Part shown: one piece after another, positions 18,564 through 27,393 of the stretch
Layout: every line of letters begins with the position of its first letter
How positions within the stretch are numbered: position 1 is the first letter of the stretch
From: Clostridia bacterium
GTDB taxonomy: Bacteria; Bacillota; Clostridia; Oscillospirales; CAG-272
Direction of reading: 5' to 3'
Assembly (NCBI GenBank): GCA_017397175.1
Contig: JAFQKA010000052.1
Span: 3,001 to 67,000, forward strand
DNA length: 64,000 nucleotides
Notes under the pieces: model-generated
Told to the model about the DNA's origin: nothing
Seen by the model: the letters and a program-made list of their open reading frames with translations, nothing else
The model's database searches: none
Made by a program: the position numbers and the translations under genes

Positions 18564-18641
18564 TGGTCGAGATGACAGGATTCGAACCTGCGGCTTCCAC
18601 GTCCCGAACGTGGCGCTCTACCAAACTGAGCCACATCTCGA
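18564..18641 (-). tRNA. tRNA-Pro (anticodon CGG), CCA encoded
   Basis: Reverse complement: TCGAGATGTGGCTCAGTTTGGTAGAGCGCCACGTTCGGGACGTGGAAGCCGCAGGTTCGAATCCTGTCATCTCGACCA. It folds as a cloverleaf with anticodon loop TTCGGGA and G37. Confidence 0.9.
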
Positions 18642-18659
18642 TATTTAATTTGTAAGTTT

Positions 18660-18834
18660 GCCCCCGAGACTTGCGGCATAAGTGCCACGACGTGGCGCTC
18701 TTCCTGTTGTGACTAAGCCTCTGCCGTCGTTGCCGCGGCAACTCGCCAATCGGCAAGTCACTGCCACTCCTTGTTCCTCGCTGTTTCCGCCACCGGCGGC
18801 GCTCGGAAACGTCCCCAAACTGAGCCACATTTCG
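18660..18834 (-). pseudogene. Decayed tRNA-Pro paralogue with an insertion of about 110 nt in the D-loop
   Basis: 18815-18834 matches the live tRNA over its first 16 nt (18815-18830 = 18621-18636, acceptor/D-arm), then diverges (TTCG vs CTCG). 18682-18704 resembles the D-stem/anticodon stem with a collapsed loop. There is no T-arm. A tRNA-type promoter sits at the canonical distance. Confidence 0.6.
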
Positions 18835-18850
18835 TTTGGTTTGCTTTGGT

Positions 18851-18879
18851 ATTCTATCACACATTCCATTCTTTGTCAA
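18851..18879 (-). promoter_or_regulatory. tRNA-type promoter
   Basis: Minus strand: CTTGACA-17 nt-TAGAAT followed by ACCAAAGCA. It is nearly the same layout as the tRNA-Val promoter (TGTGATAcAATACCAAgGCA). Confidence 0.65.
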
Positions 18880-18895
18880 GAGGTTTAAATATTTT

Positions 18896-18921
18896 TGTAG
18901 GGGCGAGCAGTGCTCGTCCGC
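18896..18921 (+). repeat. TGTAGGGG-hairpin element, copy 1
   Basis: TGTAGGGGCGAGCAGTGCTCGTCCGC, compared with copy 2 at 37442-37467. Confidence 0.6.
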
Positions 18922-19141
18922 TTATGCAAAGAAGCCTTTCACGTTGGGGAGAAGTGTCGCAATTACATTGCGACGGAGAGGATTTCATCTGCCGACAGAG
19001 GTGAAGCTCACCTCTGCCTAACACCCGCTTTTTCTTTGGCTGAAACAGGCGCAAAGAAAAAGCTTAGCAAAAAGAAACGCCGATAAGGAGCATTTCGCCG
19101 TTGCGACGGCGAGGAGGTCTCCGCGACCTCCACCGCGCCAA

Positions 19142-19212
19142 GCCCCTTTGAAAAGGGGCCTGGACTCCCCAAACTAATTTGGCAAAAACGTCGGTTGAAC
19201 ACCTCCGTTTTT
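19142..19212 (+). repeat. Composite hairpin element, copy 1
   Basis: GCCCCTTTGAAAAGGGGC ... CCCCAAAC ... AAAAACGTCGGTTGAACACCTCCGTTTTT, which resembles 37300-37409. Confidence 0.5.
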
Positions 19213-19282
19213 GCGGGCGAACGATTACCACAATCTTCTCAACGCATACTTTCCAAAAAAGCTTGACTAAAACTTCAAAAAA

Positions 19283-19306
19283 AAGAGCGCCCGCAGGCGC
19301 TCTTTT
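19283..19306 (-). terminator. Terminator of the PPIase gene
   Basis: AGAGCGCC-CGCA-GGCGCTCT with a U-run on the minus strand. Confidence 0.8.
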
Positions 19307-19314
19307 GCAGATCA

Positions 19315-19998
19315 TTATCCTTCTCTTATAGTGATCGTCTCAATAACAGGCTGGTTTGAATATGCGATCAAACCGTTGCCGTCGATCGGCTCGGCAGCCT
19401 CGCAGATCGCGTCCACGATCTCCATGCCCTCGGTTACACGTCCGAAGGCGGCGTACTTGCCGTCAAGGCTCGTATAATTCTTATGCACGATAAAGAATTG
19501 CGACGTGGCGCTGTTGTAGGCAGGGTCGCCGCGGCGCGCCATGGAGATGGTACCTCTCAGGTGAGGTAGCAGGTTGTCAACGCCGTTATACATAAATTCG
19601 CCCTTGATAGGTCTGTCCGACCCGCCCGTTCCGTCTGCCTTGGGGTCGCCGCCCTGCATCATGAAGCCTTCAATGATGCGGTGGAAGGTCAGTCCGTCGT
19701 AAAACCCGTTTGACGCGAGAGTTGCGAAATTAGCAACGGTAATGGGGGCTGACTTCTGGTCGAGCTGAACCGTGATCGTGCCGTGGTCGGCAATTTCGAT
19801 GTCGGCAAAATACGTCACGTCGTCTTTGATCTCATAAGGGGTCATGTCCGCTACGCTCATAGGCTCTTTTGCGGGAGCCGTGTCCCGTGACAGCGGATCT
19901 CCGCCGATGGGGCCGTCTTCCTTATCGCCGCAGGCGACGAGGGCGAAAATGCAGAGCAAAAGTGATGTGCAAAGAGCAAAAATCTTTGTAAATTTCAT
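19315..19998 (-). CDS. Cyclophilin-type peptidyl-prolyl isomerase lipoprotein
   Basis: Lipobox LVACG plus FHRIIEGFMMQGGDP and SMARRGDPAYNSATSQFFI. Confidence 0.9.
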   Translation of the reverse strand: MKFTKIFALCTSLLLCIFALVACGDKEDGPIGGDPLSRDTAPAKEPMSVADMTPYEIKDDVTYFADIEIADHGTITVQLDQKSAPITVANFATLASNGFYDGLTFHRIIEGFMMQGGDPKADGTGGSDRPIKGEFMYNGVDNLLPHLRGTISMARRGDPAYNSATSQFFIVHKNYTSLDGKYAAFGRVTEGMEIVDAICEAAEPIDGNGLIAYSNQPVIETITIREG

Positions 19999-20106
19999 GG
20001 TTGTTCCTCCGAAGTTTCATTTGTTATATGTTATCCCATTTTGACTTCAATGTGGTGAACAAAGCGTGAATATTTACCTGTCGGCAGGATTCGGCGCGCA
20101 AATGTA

Positions 20107-20135
20107 TTGACTTTTTTTGAAAACCGCCGTATAAT
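20107..20135 (+). promoter_or_regulatory. Promoter
   Basis: TTGACT-17 nt-TATAAT. Confidence 0.6.
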
Positions 20136-20158
20136 TTAAGGAGAAATTTTCTACTTGC

Positions 20159-21037
20159 ATGCAAAGGACGAAAAAGATGAAAAATAAAACCAAGGTTATC
20201 ATATACGGTATGGCGGCGGCGCTCCTGACGGTTCTGGGAACGGCTCTGCGCACTCTCGGACTGTTCAATTTTTACGACAAGGGCGTGGGATATTTTCAAA
20301 GCGGTGCTGTGGTTCCCGAGATCCTCAAGTGGCTTTGCATAATTGCCCCTGTTTGCTTTCTTTTTGCGGGACTTTTTTCCTCCAAGGTCAATATCAGACC
20401 TGCCTTTAATGGATTTATCTCCAAGGTCGGCTCTGCCGTGGCGGCGGTGCTGATCCTTGTTCATGCTGTGTACCTTGTACCCTACTGCCTTTCTTACGTC
20501 GAGGGCAACGTGGTAGTGCCCGGTCTGTTCCTTGCGTTTGCGGTGATCTCGGTTTTGTATTTTGCTATGGGAGTGACCAAAAAGGCGGTCGTGGAAAATC
20601 GCGCGCTTCTCGGTTTTGCCGTTATCTTCTACGCCACGGCAGGACTTGCAAAATCCTATTTTGATTTCAAGACTACCATGAACAGCCCCGACAAGCTGCT
20701 TTTGCAGGTGGCATATATGTCGATCATGCTTTATATGTTAGCTGAAACCGGACTGCTTATCGGTGCTAAAAAGAGCGGAAGATTCACGGTATTTTCATTT
20801 CTTGCTTTCTTTTTCTGTACCGTTTCCTCCGTTCCTTCCCTTGCCGCATATCTTTCCCGCGGATTTTACGGATTTTTGGCTGCGCCCGAATATGCTATGA
20901 GCCAGCTTGGGGTGCTTGCCCTTGCCATATTCGCTCTTTGCAGATTTGTTGACTGCCTGCGCGGCGCTTCGGACTATACCGAAGAGGAGCTTGAGGCTCT
21001 AAAGGAAGAAAAAAAGGCAGAAAACGAAAAAAAATAA
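20159..21037 (+). CDS. Polytopic membrane protein, function unknown
   Basis: 292 aa with about 8 hydrophobic segments and an acidic/Lys-rich tail. An RBS AAGGAG lies upstream. The exact start is uncertain (20159 or 20177). Confidence 0.6.
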   Translation: MQRTKKMKNKTKVIIYGMAAALLTVLGTALRTLGLFNFYDKGVGYFQSGAVVPEILKWLCIIAPVCFLFAGLFSSKVNIRPAFNGFISKVGSAVAAVLILVHAVYLVPYCLSYVEGNVVVPGLFLAFAVISVLYFAMGVTKKAVVENRALLGFAVIFYATAGLAKSYFDFKTTMNSPDKLLLQVAYMSIMLYMLAETGLLIGAKKSGRFTVFSFLAFFFCTVSSVPSLAAYLSRGFYGFLAAPEYAMSQLGVLALAIFALCRFVDCLRGASDYTEEELEALKEEKKAENEKK

Positions 21038-21056
21038 AATATTTTTTAAAAAACGC

Positions 21057-21085
21057 TTGACACAGGGGGATTTTCGTGATATAAT
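21057..21085 (+). promoter_or_regulatory. rplJL promoter
   Basis: TTGACA-17 nt-TATAAT. The -10 is embedded in the 8-bp inverted repeat GGGGGATT (21065-21072) / AATCCCCC (21083-21090). Confidence 0.7.
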
Positions 21086-21091
21086 CCCCCT

Positions 21092-21290
21092 GTTACCTAA
21101 GACAGCAGGTTCCCGTAAAGGCAGTTTTTAAACGCTGCTCTCCTGCCGAGGAAGCGATTTATAACAGGGGCGATATGCGTGCAGGGCAGTAGCTTTGCGT
21201 GTGCTCCGCAAATATGTTATCTATCTTTTCTCGACACGGGCAATGCCTTTGGGGGAAAAGATTTTTTTATTTATTTTCACAATGGGAGGT
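21092..21290 (+). promoter_or_regulatory. Ribosomal protein L10 leader
   Basis: A 5' UTR of about 200 nt beginning ..CCTAAGACAGCAGG..GCTGCTCTCCTGCCGAGG, recalled as L10-leader-like. Its position upstream of rplJ is canonical. Confidence 0.55.
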
Positions 21291-21298
21291 GAAACTAA

Positions 21299-21808
21299 AT
21301 GCCCAGTAATGCAATACTCGAACAGAAGAAACAGACCGTTGCAGACCTTGCAGAGATGCTCAAGAATTCTCCTGCAGGCGTTCTGGTAAACTACAGCGGT
21401 ATCACAGTTGAAGACGACACAAAGCTTCGCGCAGAGCTGAGAAAGGCCGGCGTTAAGTACACTGTTATGAAGAACACTCTCACAGGCAGAGCTTGTGACG
21501 AGGTAGGACTTGGCGATATGAAGCAGTACCTTTCCGGTATGACAGCTATCGCAATCGCTACCGATGATGCCATCGCTCCCGCGAAGGTTATCAAGAAGTA
21601 CGCAGAGAAGATCGAGTCCTTCAATATTCTTGCAGGCTACCTTGACGGCGCAGTTGTTGACGTTAAGACTGTAAATGAGCTTGCTGACATTCCTCCGAAG
21701 GAAGTGCTCATCGGCAAGTTGCTCGGAAGTCTCCAGTCTCCTCTCTATGGACTTGCTTATGTCCTTCAGGGAAAGATCGACAAGGAGGGCGGCGTAGCAG
21801 AGGCTTGA
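21299..21808 (+). CDS. rplJ: 50S ribosomal protein L10
   Basis: 169 aa with typical L10 sequence and an RBS GGGAGG. Confidence 0.95.
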   Translation: MPSNAILEQKKQTVADLAEMLKNSPAGVLVNYSGITVEDDTKLRAELRKAGVKYTVMKNTLTGRACDEVGLGDMKQYLSGMTAIAIATDDAIAPAKVIKKYAEKIESFNILAGYLDGAVVDVKTVNELADIPPKEVLIGKLLGSLQSPLYGLAYVLQGKIDKEGGVAEA

Positions 21809-21874
21809 TGCCCGCACCCGTCAAAAAACAAATCAAAAAACAATATCTTATTTATTTTACGGAGGTAATTTAAA

Positions 21875-22255
21875 ATGGCTACAGAAAAGACCACCAAGAT
21901 TTTGGATGAAATTAAAGAACTTACTATCCTTGAACTCGCTGACCTTGTAAAGGCTCTCGAGGAGGAATTCGGCGTATCCGCTGCTCCCGTTGCAGTTGCT
22001 GCTGCTCCCGGTGCCGCTGCTGCAGGCGCTGCTGCTGAAGAAAAGACTGAGTTCGACGTTGTAATGACAAGCTTCGGTGCTAAGAAGCTCGACGTTATCA
22101 AGGTTGTACGTGAGGTTACAGGTCTCGGCTTGAAGGAAGCTAAGGAAAAGGTTGAGGGTGTTCCCAGCACAATTAAGGAAGGCGCTTCCAAGGAAGACGC
22201 TGAGGCTCTCAAGAAGCAGCTCGAAGAGGCTGGCGCAACTGTTGAGCTTAAGTAA
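21875..22255 (+). CDS. rplL: 50S ribosomal protein L7/L12
   Basis: 126 aa with an Ala-rich hinge and [13 protein letters not shown]. Confidence 0.97.
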   Translation: MATEKTTKILDEIKELTILELADLVKALEEEFGVSAAPVAVAAAPGAAAAGAAAEEKTEFDVVMTSFGAKKLDVIKVVREVTGLGLKEAKEKVEGVPSTIKEGASKEDAEALKKQLEEAGATVELK

Positions 22256-22302
22256 TAGGCTTACCTTAAAACTTTTAGTACAAAACAAAATCTGCTGTAC
22301 AT

Positions 22303-22335
22303 TAAAGGCTGTCGCTTGAAGCGACAGCCTTTTTT
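22303..22335 (+). terminator. rplL terminator
   Basis: AAGGCTGTCGC-TTGAA-GCGACAGCCTT followed by a T-run. Confidence 0.85.
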
Positions 22336-22340
22336 GTGCG

Positions 22341-22372
22341 GGTTTAACGCAAAAACACCGCTCGGTATCCGA
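22341..22372 (-). terminator. Terminator of the J-protein operon
   Basis: AACACCGCTCGG-TAT-CCGAGCGGTGTT with a flanking A/T run. Confidence 0.75.
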
Positions 22373-22385
22373 GCGGTGTTTCCAC

Positions 22386-22967
22386 TTATTTCAAGATTTT
22401 TTCGATTCGAAGCATCTTCCGGTACTTTACAAAATACGCACGAATGAGCATTGAGAGCGCAATGTCGAAAACGATGAAGGTGACGTTTCCAAGGGCGTAC
22501 AATGCTATGATATAGCCTTTTGTGAGTCCCGGGAGAGCAAAAGCGAACTTTGCCGCCAGGATTATGACGGTCATGGAAAGATTGAAAAATGAGATCTTTA
22601 ACACAAGTCTCATTCCGTTTGACCGAAGCTGTTCGATCTTTGCCTTGAGCATAGGGTAATAACCCGCCATAAAGGTGTAGATCAATGCTCCGAACTTGTT
22701 CGGGAGCAAGAGCAGAGACAAGATCGAGGTCACCGCATACAAAAGCCAGGGGTAAGCACCGCCGATCTCGGAGATGACCACCACGCAGAGCATTGAGGCT
22801 ATTGCCGCCGCGGACAGGTCGAGCACCTCGATCAGCGCGCCCATGTAAAGGAGCACAACTCCGAGGGCGGAGAATACCGCGCACAGGGTTATCTTTTTGG
22901 ATTTTTTGATCTCTTTTCTTTTAGGAAGCTCGATTTTTATCTCGGGTCGGTTATCAGCAGCAGCCAA
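22386..22967 (-). CDS. Membrane protein (5-6 TM), third gene of the DUF5685-like/J-protein operon
   Basis: TTG start at 22967 behind GGGAGGGG. It overlaps the J-protein gene by 14 nt. The first in-frame Met is inside a TM segment. Confidence 0.65.
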   Translation of the reverse strand: MAAADNRPEIKIELPKRKEIKKSKKITLCAVFSALGVVLLYMGALIEVLDLSAAAIASMLCVVVISEIGGAYPWLLYAVTSILSLLLLPNKFGALIYTFMAGYYPMLKAKIEQLRSNGMRLVLKISFFNLSMTVIILAAKFAFALPGLTKGYIIALYALGNVTFIVFDIALSMLIRAYFVKYRKMLRIEKILK

Positions 22968-23562
22968 TCAGATCCCCTCCCATACATTCACAGCAACAGT
23001 CGGCGCAGATAAGTGAATTGCAGATGTCACAGGCGTTGCAGGTAGTCATGCTTCCGCCGTAGGGCGCATATCCGCCTCGGTTGGTTCCGTAGGTGCGAAG
23101 ACGTTCGCGCATATTTCTGTACTCGGCGTTATTTGGATCCATGGAGCAGGCCGTGTCAAAATAGCTTTGAGCGTCAAAGATATTGCCGCGACGCACGCAG
23201 ACACAGCCCATGAGGAACTGCCACTCAGCGCCTCGATCGGTTGCGGGGATCGACTGAAGCATGGAATATGCCACCTCGGTGTTGCCCATGTTGATGTGGT
23301 TTCGGATAGCCGTGTAGGTGTCGTTTGAGCCGGTGGAATTAAATCCGCTGTATCCCCCCGAGCTTCCGCCGCCTGCACGCATTTTTTGTATCTCGTCGTA
23401 AGCGGCGTTCACCTCAGCCATTTTTTCACTTGCCAGGTCGGCTAAGTCGCTGTCCTTGTACCTGTCGGGGTGATATTTCTTTGCAAGATTTCGATATGCT
23501 TTTTTTATTTCGTCGTCGCTTGCCGAGGGTGAGACCCCAAGCACCTTGTACGGATCTGTCAT
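22954..23562 (-). CDS. J-domain protein with a C-terminal cysteine string
   Basis: [21 protein letters not shown] (HPD motif), a Gly/Ser linker and a helical TPR-like middle. The last 30 aa, [30 protein letters not shown], contain 10 Cys. Confidence 0.85.
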   Translation of the reverse strand: MTDPYKVLGVSPSASDDEIKKAYRNLAKKYHPDRYKDSDLADLASEKMAEVNAAYDEIQKMRAGGGSSGGYSGFNSTGSNDTYTAIRNHINMGNTEVAYSMLQSIPATDRGAEWQFLMGCVCVRRGNIFDAQSYFDTACSMDPNNAEYRNMRERLRTYGTNRGGYAPYGGSMTTCNACDICNSLICADCCCECMGGDLIGCC

Positions 23563-24455
23563 TTGTCGTTTCCTTTCGATTCTGTCTCGCAGGACGTGCA
23601 GTCCTTGCCGTAAATAATTTCATGCGCCTTTGCCGGCATGCCAAGCAGGAGTATATTCTTCAGAAGCCCTTCAAGATCGTTTCTGCCGTCAAACGAAATG
23701 AGGTCGAGCGCATTGACCGCATCGCCCAGGGTGGTGGTCAGTGCCGCTTCAATATCTTTTTTTATCTCGGCGTCAATCTCTCTCTCTCCGTAAAGGCAGA
23801 GAAAAGGATTGTACCGTCCCTTTTCCTTGTCCTTTTCATAGTCGTCTATGGCGTCAATGATGTAGATCCACCGTCCGATGCACCGACCGAAGGTTTCCGC
23901 GATCTTTTCTTCTGTGCCGTCAAGCCCATGCGAGAAGATCTCTGCAAGAATATCTCCAAAGATTCCTGCGGGCAGATCTGCCGAAGGTGTCTTTGCTTTT
24001 TCAAGCTCGGAAAGCTCCGAGAGCTTTTCTTCCACGAAACGGTCAAGCTCGGGCAGACTTTTTTTCGCTTTTTTGTATCCGCCTCGGAAGACCGATCTTG
24101 CTATCTTTGCCTTCTGCCGTTTTGTGCCGCGCTCGTCGGCTATATCGTCAAGGATCTTTCTGTATGCAAGTATCGTCCCGGCAAAAGCGGAAAATTCAAG
24201 GGCGCGACAGCCTTTTACGGTCAGCCTTTTTTTGCACGGGTGGGCTATGCACCGCTTTTTCTCAAATTCGGGCTTTTCATCGGTCAAGGCAAGTCGGAAA
24301 AGCACGAGAAGCGTGAAATCATAGCTCAATCCGAGCCTTGAGAGCTGTCCGCAGGATCTTCCCAGAGCATGGCAAAGTCCGCAGTATGCCGCGCGGTAGT
24401 ACTGCTGTTCGATTATCCTCAGTTGAGGCTCGTATGGTCTTACGTATCCAAGCAT
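23559..24455 (-). CDS. DUF5685-like protein
   Basis: [32 protein letters not shown]... is recalled as the DUF5685 N-terminal signature. Its stop overlaps the J-protein start (ATGA). Confidence 0.6.
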   Translation of the reverse strand: MLGYVRPYEPQLRIIEQQYYRAAYCGLCHALGRSCGQLSRLGLSYDFTLLVLFRLALTDEKPEFEKKRCIAHPCKKRLTVKGCRALEFSAFAGTILAYRKILDDIADERGTKRQKAKIARSVFRGGYKKAKKSLPELDRFVEEKLSELSELEKAKTPSADLPAGIFGDILAEIFSHGLDGTEEKIAETFGRCIGRWIYIIDAIDDYEKDKEKGRYNPFLCLYGEREIDAEIKKDIEAALTTTLGDAVNALDLISFDGRNDLEGLLKNILLLGMPAKAHEIIYGKDCTSCETESKGNDK

Positions 24456-24545
24456 GAAATCACCTCACCCGTATATTTTACAGCATTTTCTTCAAGCATA
24501 TATCAACTTTTTGTAAATTTTAGCGGGTTTTCTTCCTTTGGGTAC

Positions 24546-24574
24546 TTGACAAGCGCGGAGTACGGTGATATAAT
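24546..24574 (+). promoter_or_regulatory. Promoter of the TPP riboswitch/thiT unit
   Basis: TTGACA-17 nt-TATAAT. Confidence 0.7.
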
Positions 24575-24584
24575 TTGAGCAAGG

Positions 24585-24752
24585 TGGCAACACCTCGGGG
24601 GTGCCAACTCGCGCAAAGCGAAGGCTGAGATGGGCGTTTCGTCCGAACCCTTTAACCTGATACGGATAATACCGGCGAAGGGAGTCATATAAGGGCGAAT
24701 GCTAGCTATGCCTTTTTTGGTGGTCTCACGGTATTTCCGTGAGAATTTTTTT
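24585..24752 (+). promoter_or_regulatory. TPP (THI-box) riboswitch with terminator
   Basis: GGGGTGCC..GCTGAGA..AACCCTTTAACCTGATACGGATAATACCGGCGAAGGGA, then TCTCACGG/CCGTGAGA + T7 (24724-24752). Confidence 0.9.
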
Positions 24753-24782
24753 ATGCAATTTTTGCGGAAAGGTATAGCTTTT

Positions 24783-25448
24783 ATGAAATCAAAGATCAAT
24801 ATTCGGAGGCTTGTATTGACCTCCATGCTTTTGGCACTTGCAACGGCTCTTGCCTTTGCCTGTGCGTATATCCCGTTTCTCAATCTGCCTTTTGGCGGCG
24901 GATTTACCGTGGCAAGTATGCTGCCGATAGTTATCATCGCCTATATGTACGGCACACGGTGGGGACTTGTCTCGGCCGCAGTCTACTCCTTTATCCAGCT
25001 TGCTTTCGGTGCTTTTACGGGCGGCGGATACGTTATTTCGCTGTTCACTGTCGGCAGTGACGACTTTATGGGCTACGGCGCGGCTGTCTGGATCTGTCTT
25101 ATCGACTATATCATCGCTTATACCCTGCTGGGCTTTGGCGGCATCTTCAGAAACAAGCTGAAAAAAGCACCTGCGCTGGTTCTTGGAACGGTCGTGGCAC
25201 TGTCTCTGCGCTACCTTGCCCACATCGTTTCGGGATATATCTTCTTTGGCGCGTGGGCGGATTGGTTCTTCTCCCAGGAGGGATTTTACAGGATAGGTGA
25301 GACGATTCTTTCGACCTTCTCGGGCAATCTGCTCGGAATCATTTATTCTATATTCTACAACGGACTTTACATGATCCCCGAGATTGTGATAACCGCCGTT
25401 GCCGCGGGAATCGTTTCTGCGATACCGCAGATAAAAAAGTATAACTGA
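24783..25448 (+). CDS. thiT: Thiamine ECF-transporter S component
   Basis: 221 aa with 6 TM segments, directly behind the TPP riboswitch. The start was chosen after the terminator. Confidence 0.8.
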   Translation: MKSKINIRRLVLTSMLLALATALAFACAYIPFLNLPFGGGFTVASMLPIVIIAYMYGTRWGLVSAAVYSFIQLAFGAFTGGGYVISLFTVGSDDFMGYGAAVWICLIDYIIAYTLLGFGGIFRNKLKKAPALVLGTVVALSLRYLAHIVSGYIFFGAWADWFFSQEGFYRIGETILSTFSGNLLGIIYSIFYNGLYMIPEIVITAVAAGIVSAIPQIKKYN

Positions 25449-25449
25449 A

Positions 25450-25484
25450 AACAAGGCCCGTCTTTATAAGGCGGGCTTGTTTTC
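25450..25484 (+). terminator. Intrinsic terminator
   Basis: GCCCGTC..GGCGGGC stem followed by a T-run. Confidence 0.7.
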
Positions 25485-25560
25485 TTTGCGGAGCAAAGCA
25501 TTTTGTGATTGTGCAACAAAAGTTTGCTTGCAAATAAATTCTTTTATTGTTTTTTCAGTA

Positions 25561-25589
25561 TTGACCGCGGGGATAAAAAATGGTACAAT
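25561..25589 (+). promoter_or_regulatory. ABC operon promoter
   Basis: TTGACC-17 nt-TACAAT. Confidence 0.6.
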
Positions 25590-25644
25590 AATAAAGTGAT
25601 AACTATACCCTCAAATGGGAACTTTAACTGAAAGGATTTTCCGT

Positions 25645-27393
25645 ATGATAAAAAGACTTGCTGCCAGCATCCGTGAGTACAAGACCGCGGCATTGCTGAC
25701 ACCCCTGTTTATCTTGGGCGAGGTTGGAATCGAATGCTGTATTCCGTTCCTCACTGCCGGACTTATCGACCAGATCGAGAGCGGTTGCGACATGAACACC
25801 ATACTCAAATACGGCGGACAGCTGTTGATCCTGGCGTTTCTGTCGCTGATCTTCGGAGTTTTGGCAGGAAACTTTGCCGCAAAGGCGTCCTGCGGATTTG
25901 CCAAAAATCTTCGCGGCGACGTTTTTAGAAGCATTCAGCGTTTCTCCTTTGCAAACATTGACCGCTTCTCTATCTCCAGCCTGGTTACCCGACTGACCAC
26001 CGATATCTCAAACGTTCAAATGGCATTCATGGTCATCATCAGAACGGCTATTCGCTGTCCCATGATGCTCATTTTCTCCTTTATCATGTCTATCCGTCTC
26101 GGCGGAAAGTTGTCGTTGGTCTATGCGCTGATAGTCCCTGTTCTCGGATTCGGACTTTTCAAGATAATCTTCACCGTAATGCCCATATTTAAGCGCATAT
26201 TCAAAAAATATGACCGACTGAACGAATCGGTGCAGGAAAACGTCAAGGGAATGAGGGTAGTAAAATCCTTTGTGCGTGAGGATTTCGAGCGCAGAAAATT
26301 CGGCGCGGCCTCTGATGACGTGGCAAATGATTTCACCAGAGTTGACAAGATCCTTGCACTCAATTCTCCCCTGATGCAGCTCTGCATTTATTCCTGCATG
26401 ATCGCCCTGTCCTATCTGACCTCAAAGCTGGTCATTTCCACGGGCGGAGTCAAGTACGGTCTTGGAACGCTGACGGGTATGAACACTTATTCCATGCAGC
26501 TTCTTATGAGCATGATGATGATCTCCATGGTTTTCGTTATGATCACCATGTCCATCGAATCCGCCCGCAGAATAGTGGAAGTTCTTGACGAAAAGAGCAC
26601 CATCGAAAGCCCCGAGAATCCTGTTATGCAGGTAGAAAACGGCGAAGTCGTGTTTGACGGCGTTTCCTTCAAATATTCCGCGGAAAGCGAGAAGTTTGCT
26701 TTGGAAGACGTCAGCTTCAGGATCGAGAGCGGACAGACCGTGGGTATTATCGGCGGAACGGGAAGCTCCAAGACCACGCTTGTAAATTTGATCTCCCGTC
26801 TCTATGACGTTTCCGAGGGTAAGGTCACGGTGGGCGGCGTTGACGTGCGCGATTATGACCTGGATACCTTGCGTAACCAGGTGGCGGTCGTGCTTCAGAA
26901 GAACGTGCTGTTTTCGGGAACAATAAAGGAAAATCTCCGTTGGGGTGATCCGGATGCTACCGACGAGGAGCTGGTCAGAATATGCAAGCTGGCTCAGGCG
27001 GACGAGTTCATTCAGACATTTCCGGACGGATATGATACATACATAGAGCAGGGCGGTGCCAACGTTTCGGGCGGACAGAAGCAGAGACTTTGTATTGCCC
27101 GCGCGTTGCTGAAAAAGCCCAAGGTTCTTATTCTCGATGACTCCACCTCGGCGGTGGACACAAAGACGGACGCGCTCATTCGCCGCGCGTTCCGCTCGGA
27201 GATTCCCGGAACCACAAAGTTTATCATCGCTCAGAGAATCTCATCGGTTGAGGATGCCGACGTTATTATCGTTCTTGACAACGGCCGAGTAAACGGTATC
27301 GGAAATCATCATACTCTCCTTGAGACAAACGAAATCTACCGCGAGGTCTACACTTCCCAGACCGGTGCGGGAAAGGAGGGGGACAATGAGTAA
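25645..27393 (+). CDS. ABC exporter, fused permease/ATPase (heterodimer half 1)
   Basis: Walker A GGTGSSKTT, signature VSGGQKQR and Walker B ILILDD. Start MIKRLAAS. Confidence 0.9.
   Translation: MIKRLAASIREYKTAALLTPLFILGEVGIECCIPFLTAGLIDQIESGCDMNTILKYGGQLLILAFLSLIFGVLAGNFAAKASCGFAKNLRGDVFRSIQRFSFANIDRFSISSLVTRLTTDISNVQMAFMVIIRTAIRCPMMLIFSFIMSIRLGGKLSLVYALIVPVLGFGLFKIIFTVMPIFKRIFKKYDRLNESVQENVKGMRVVKSFVREDFERRKFGAASDDVANDFTRVDKILALNSPLMQLCIYSCMIALSYLTSKLVISTGGVKYGLGTLTGMNTYSMQLLMSMMMISMVFVMITMSIESARRIVEVLDEKSTIESPENPVMQVENGEVVFDGVSFKYSAESEKFALEDVSFRIESGQTVGIIGGTGSSKTTLVNLISRLYDVSEGKVTVGGVDVRDYDLDTLRNQVAVVLQKNVLFSGTIKENLRWGDPDATDEELVRICKLAQADEFIQTFPDGYDTYIEQGGANVSGGQKQRLCIARALLKKPKVLILDDSTSAVDTKTDALIRRAFRSEIPGTTKFIIAQRISSVEDADVIIVLDNGRVNGIGNHHTLLETNEIYREVYTSQTGAGKEGDNE

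Noticed and set aside
18705-18814. Self-cleaving ribozyme (hammerhead/twister) or group I intron as the tRNA D-loop insertion.
   Set aside because: There is no CUGAUGA...GAAA core and no twister-like conserved stretch that I could recognise. The block is too short for a group I intron, and the host tRNA is otherwise decayed.
18463-19315. Track ORFs across the tRNA-Pro and hairpin region (18463-18879, 18645-18869, 18682-18888, 18771-19004, 18836-19021, 18857-19054, 19008-19202, 19064-19315).
   Set aside because: They overlap a tRNA, a tRNA remnant or palindromic repeats. They lack an RBS and have Arg/Pro/Gly-rich repeat-derived sequences.
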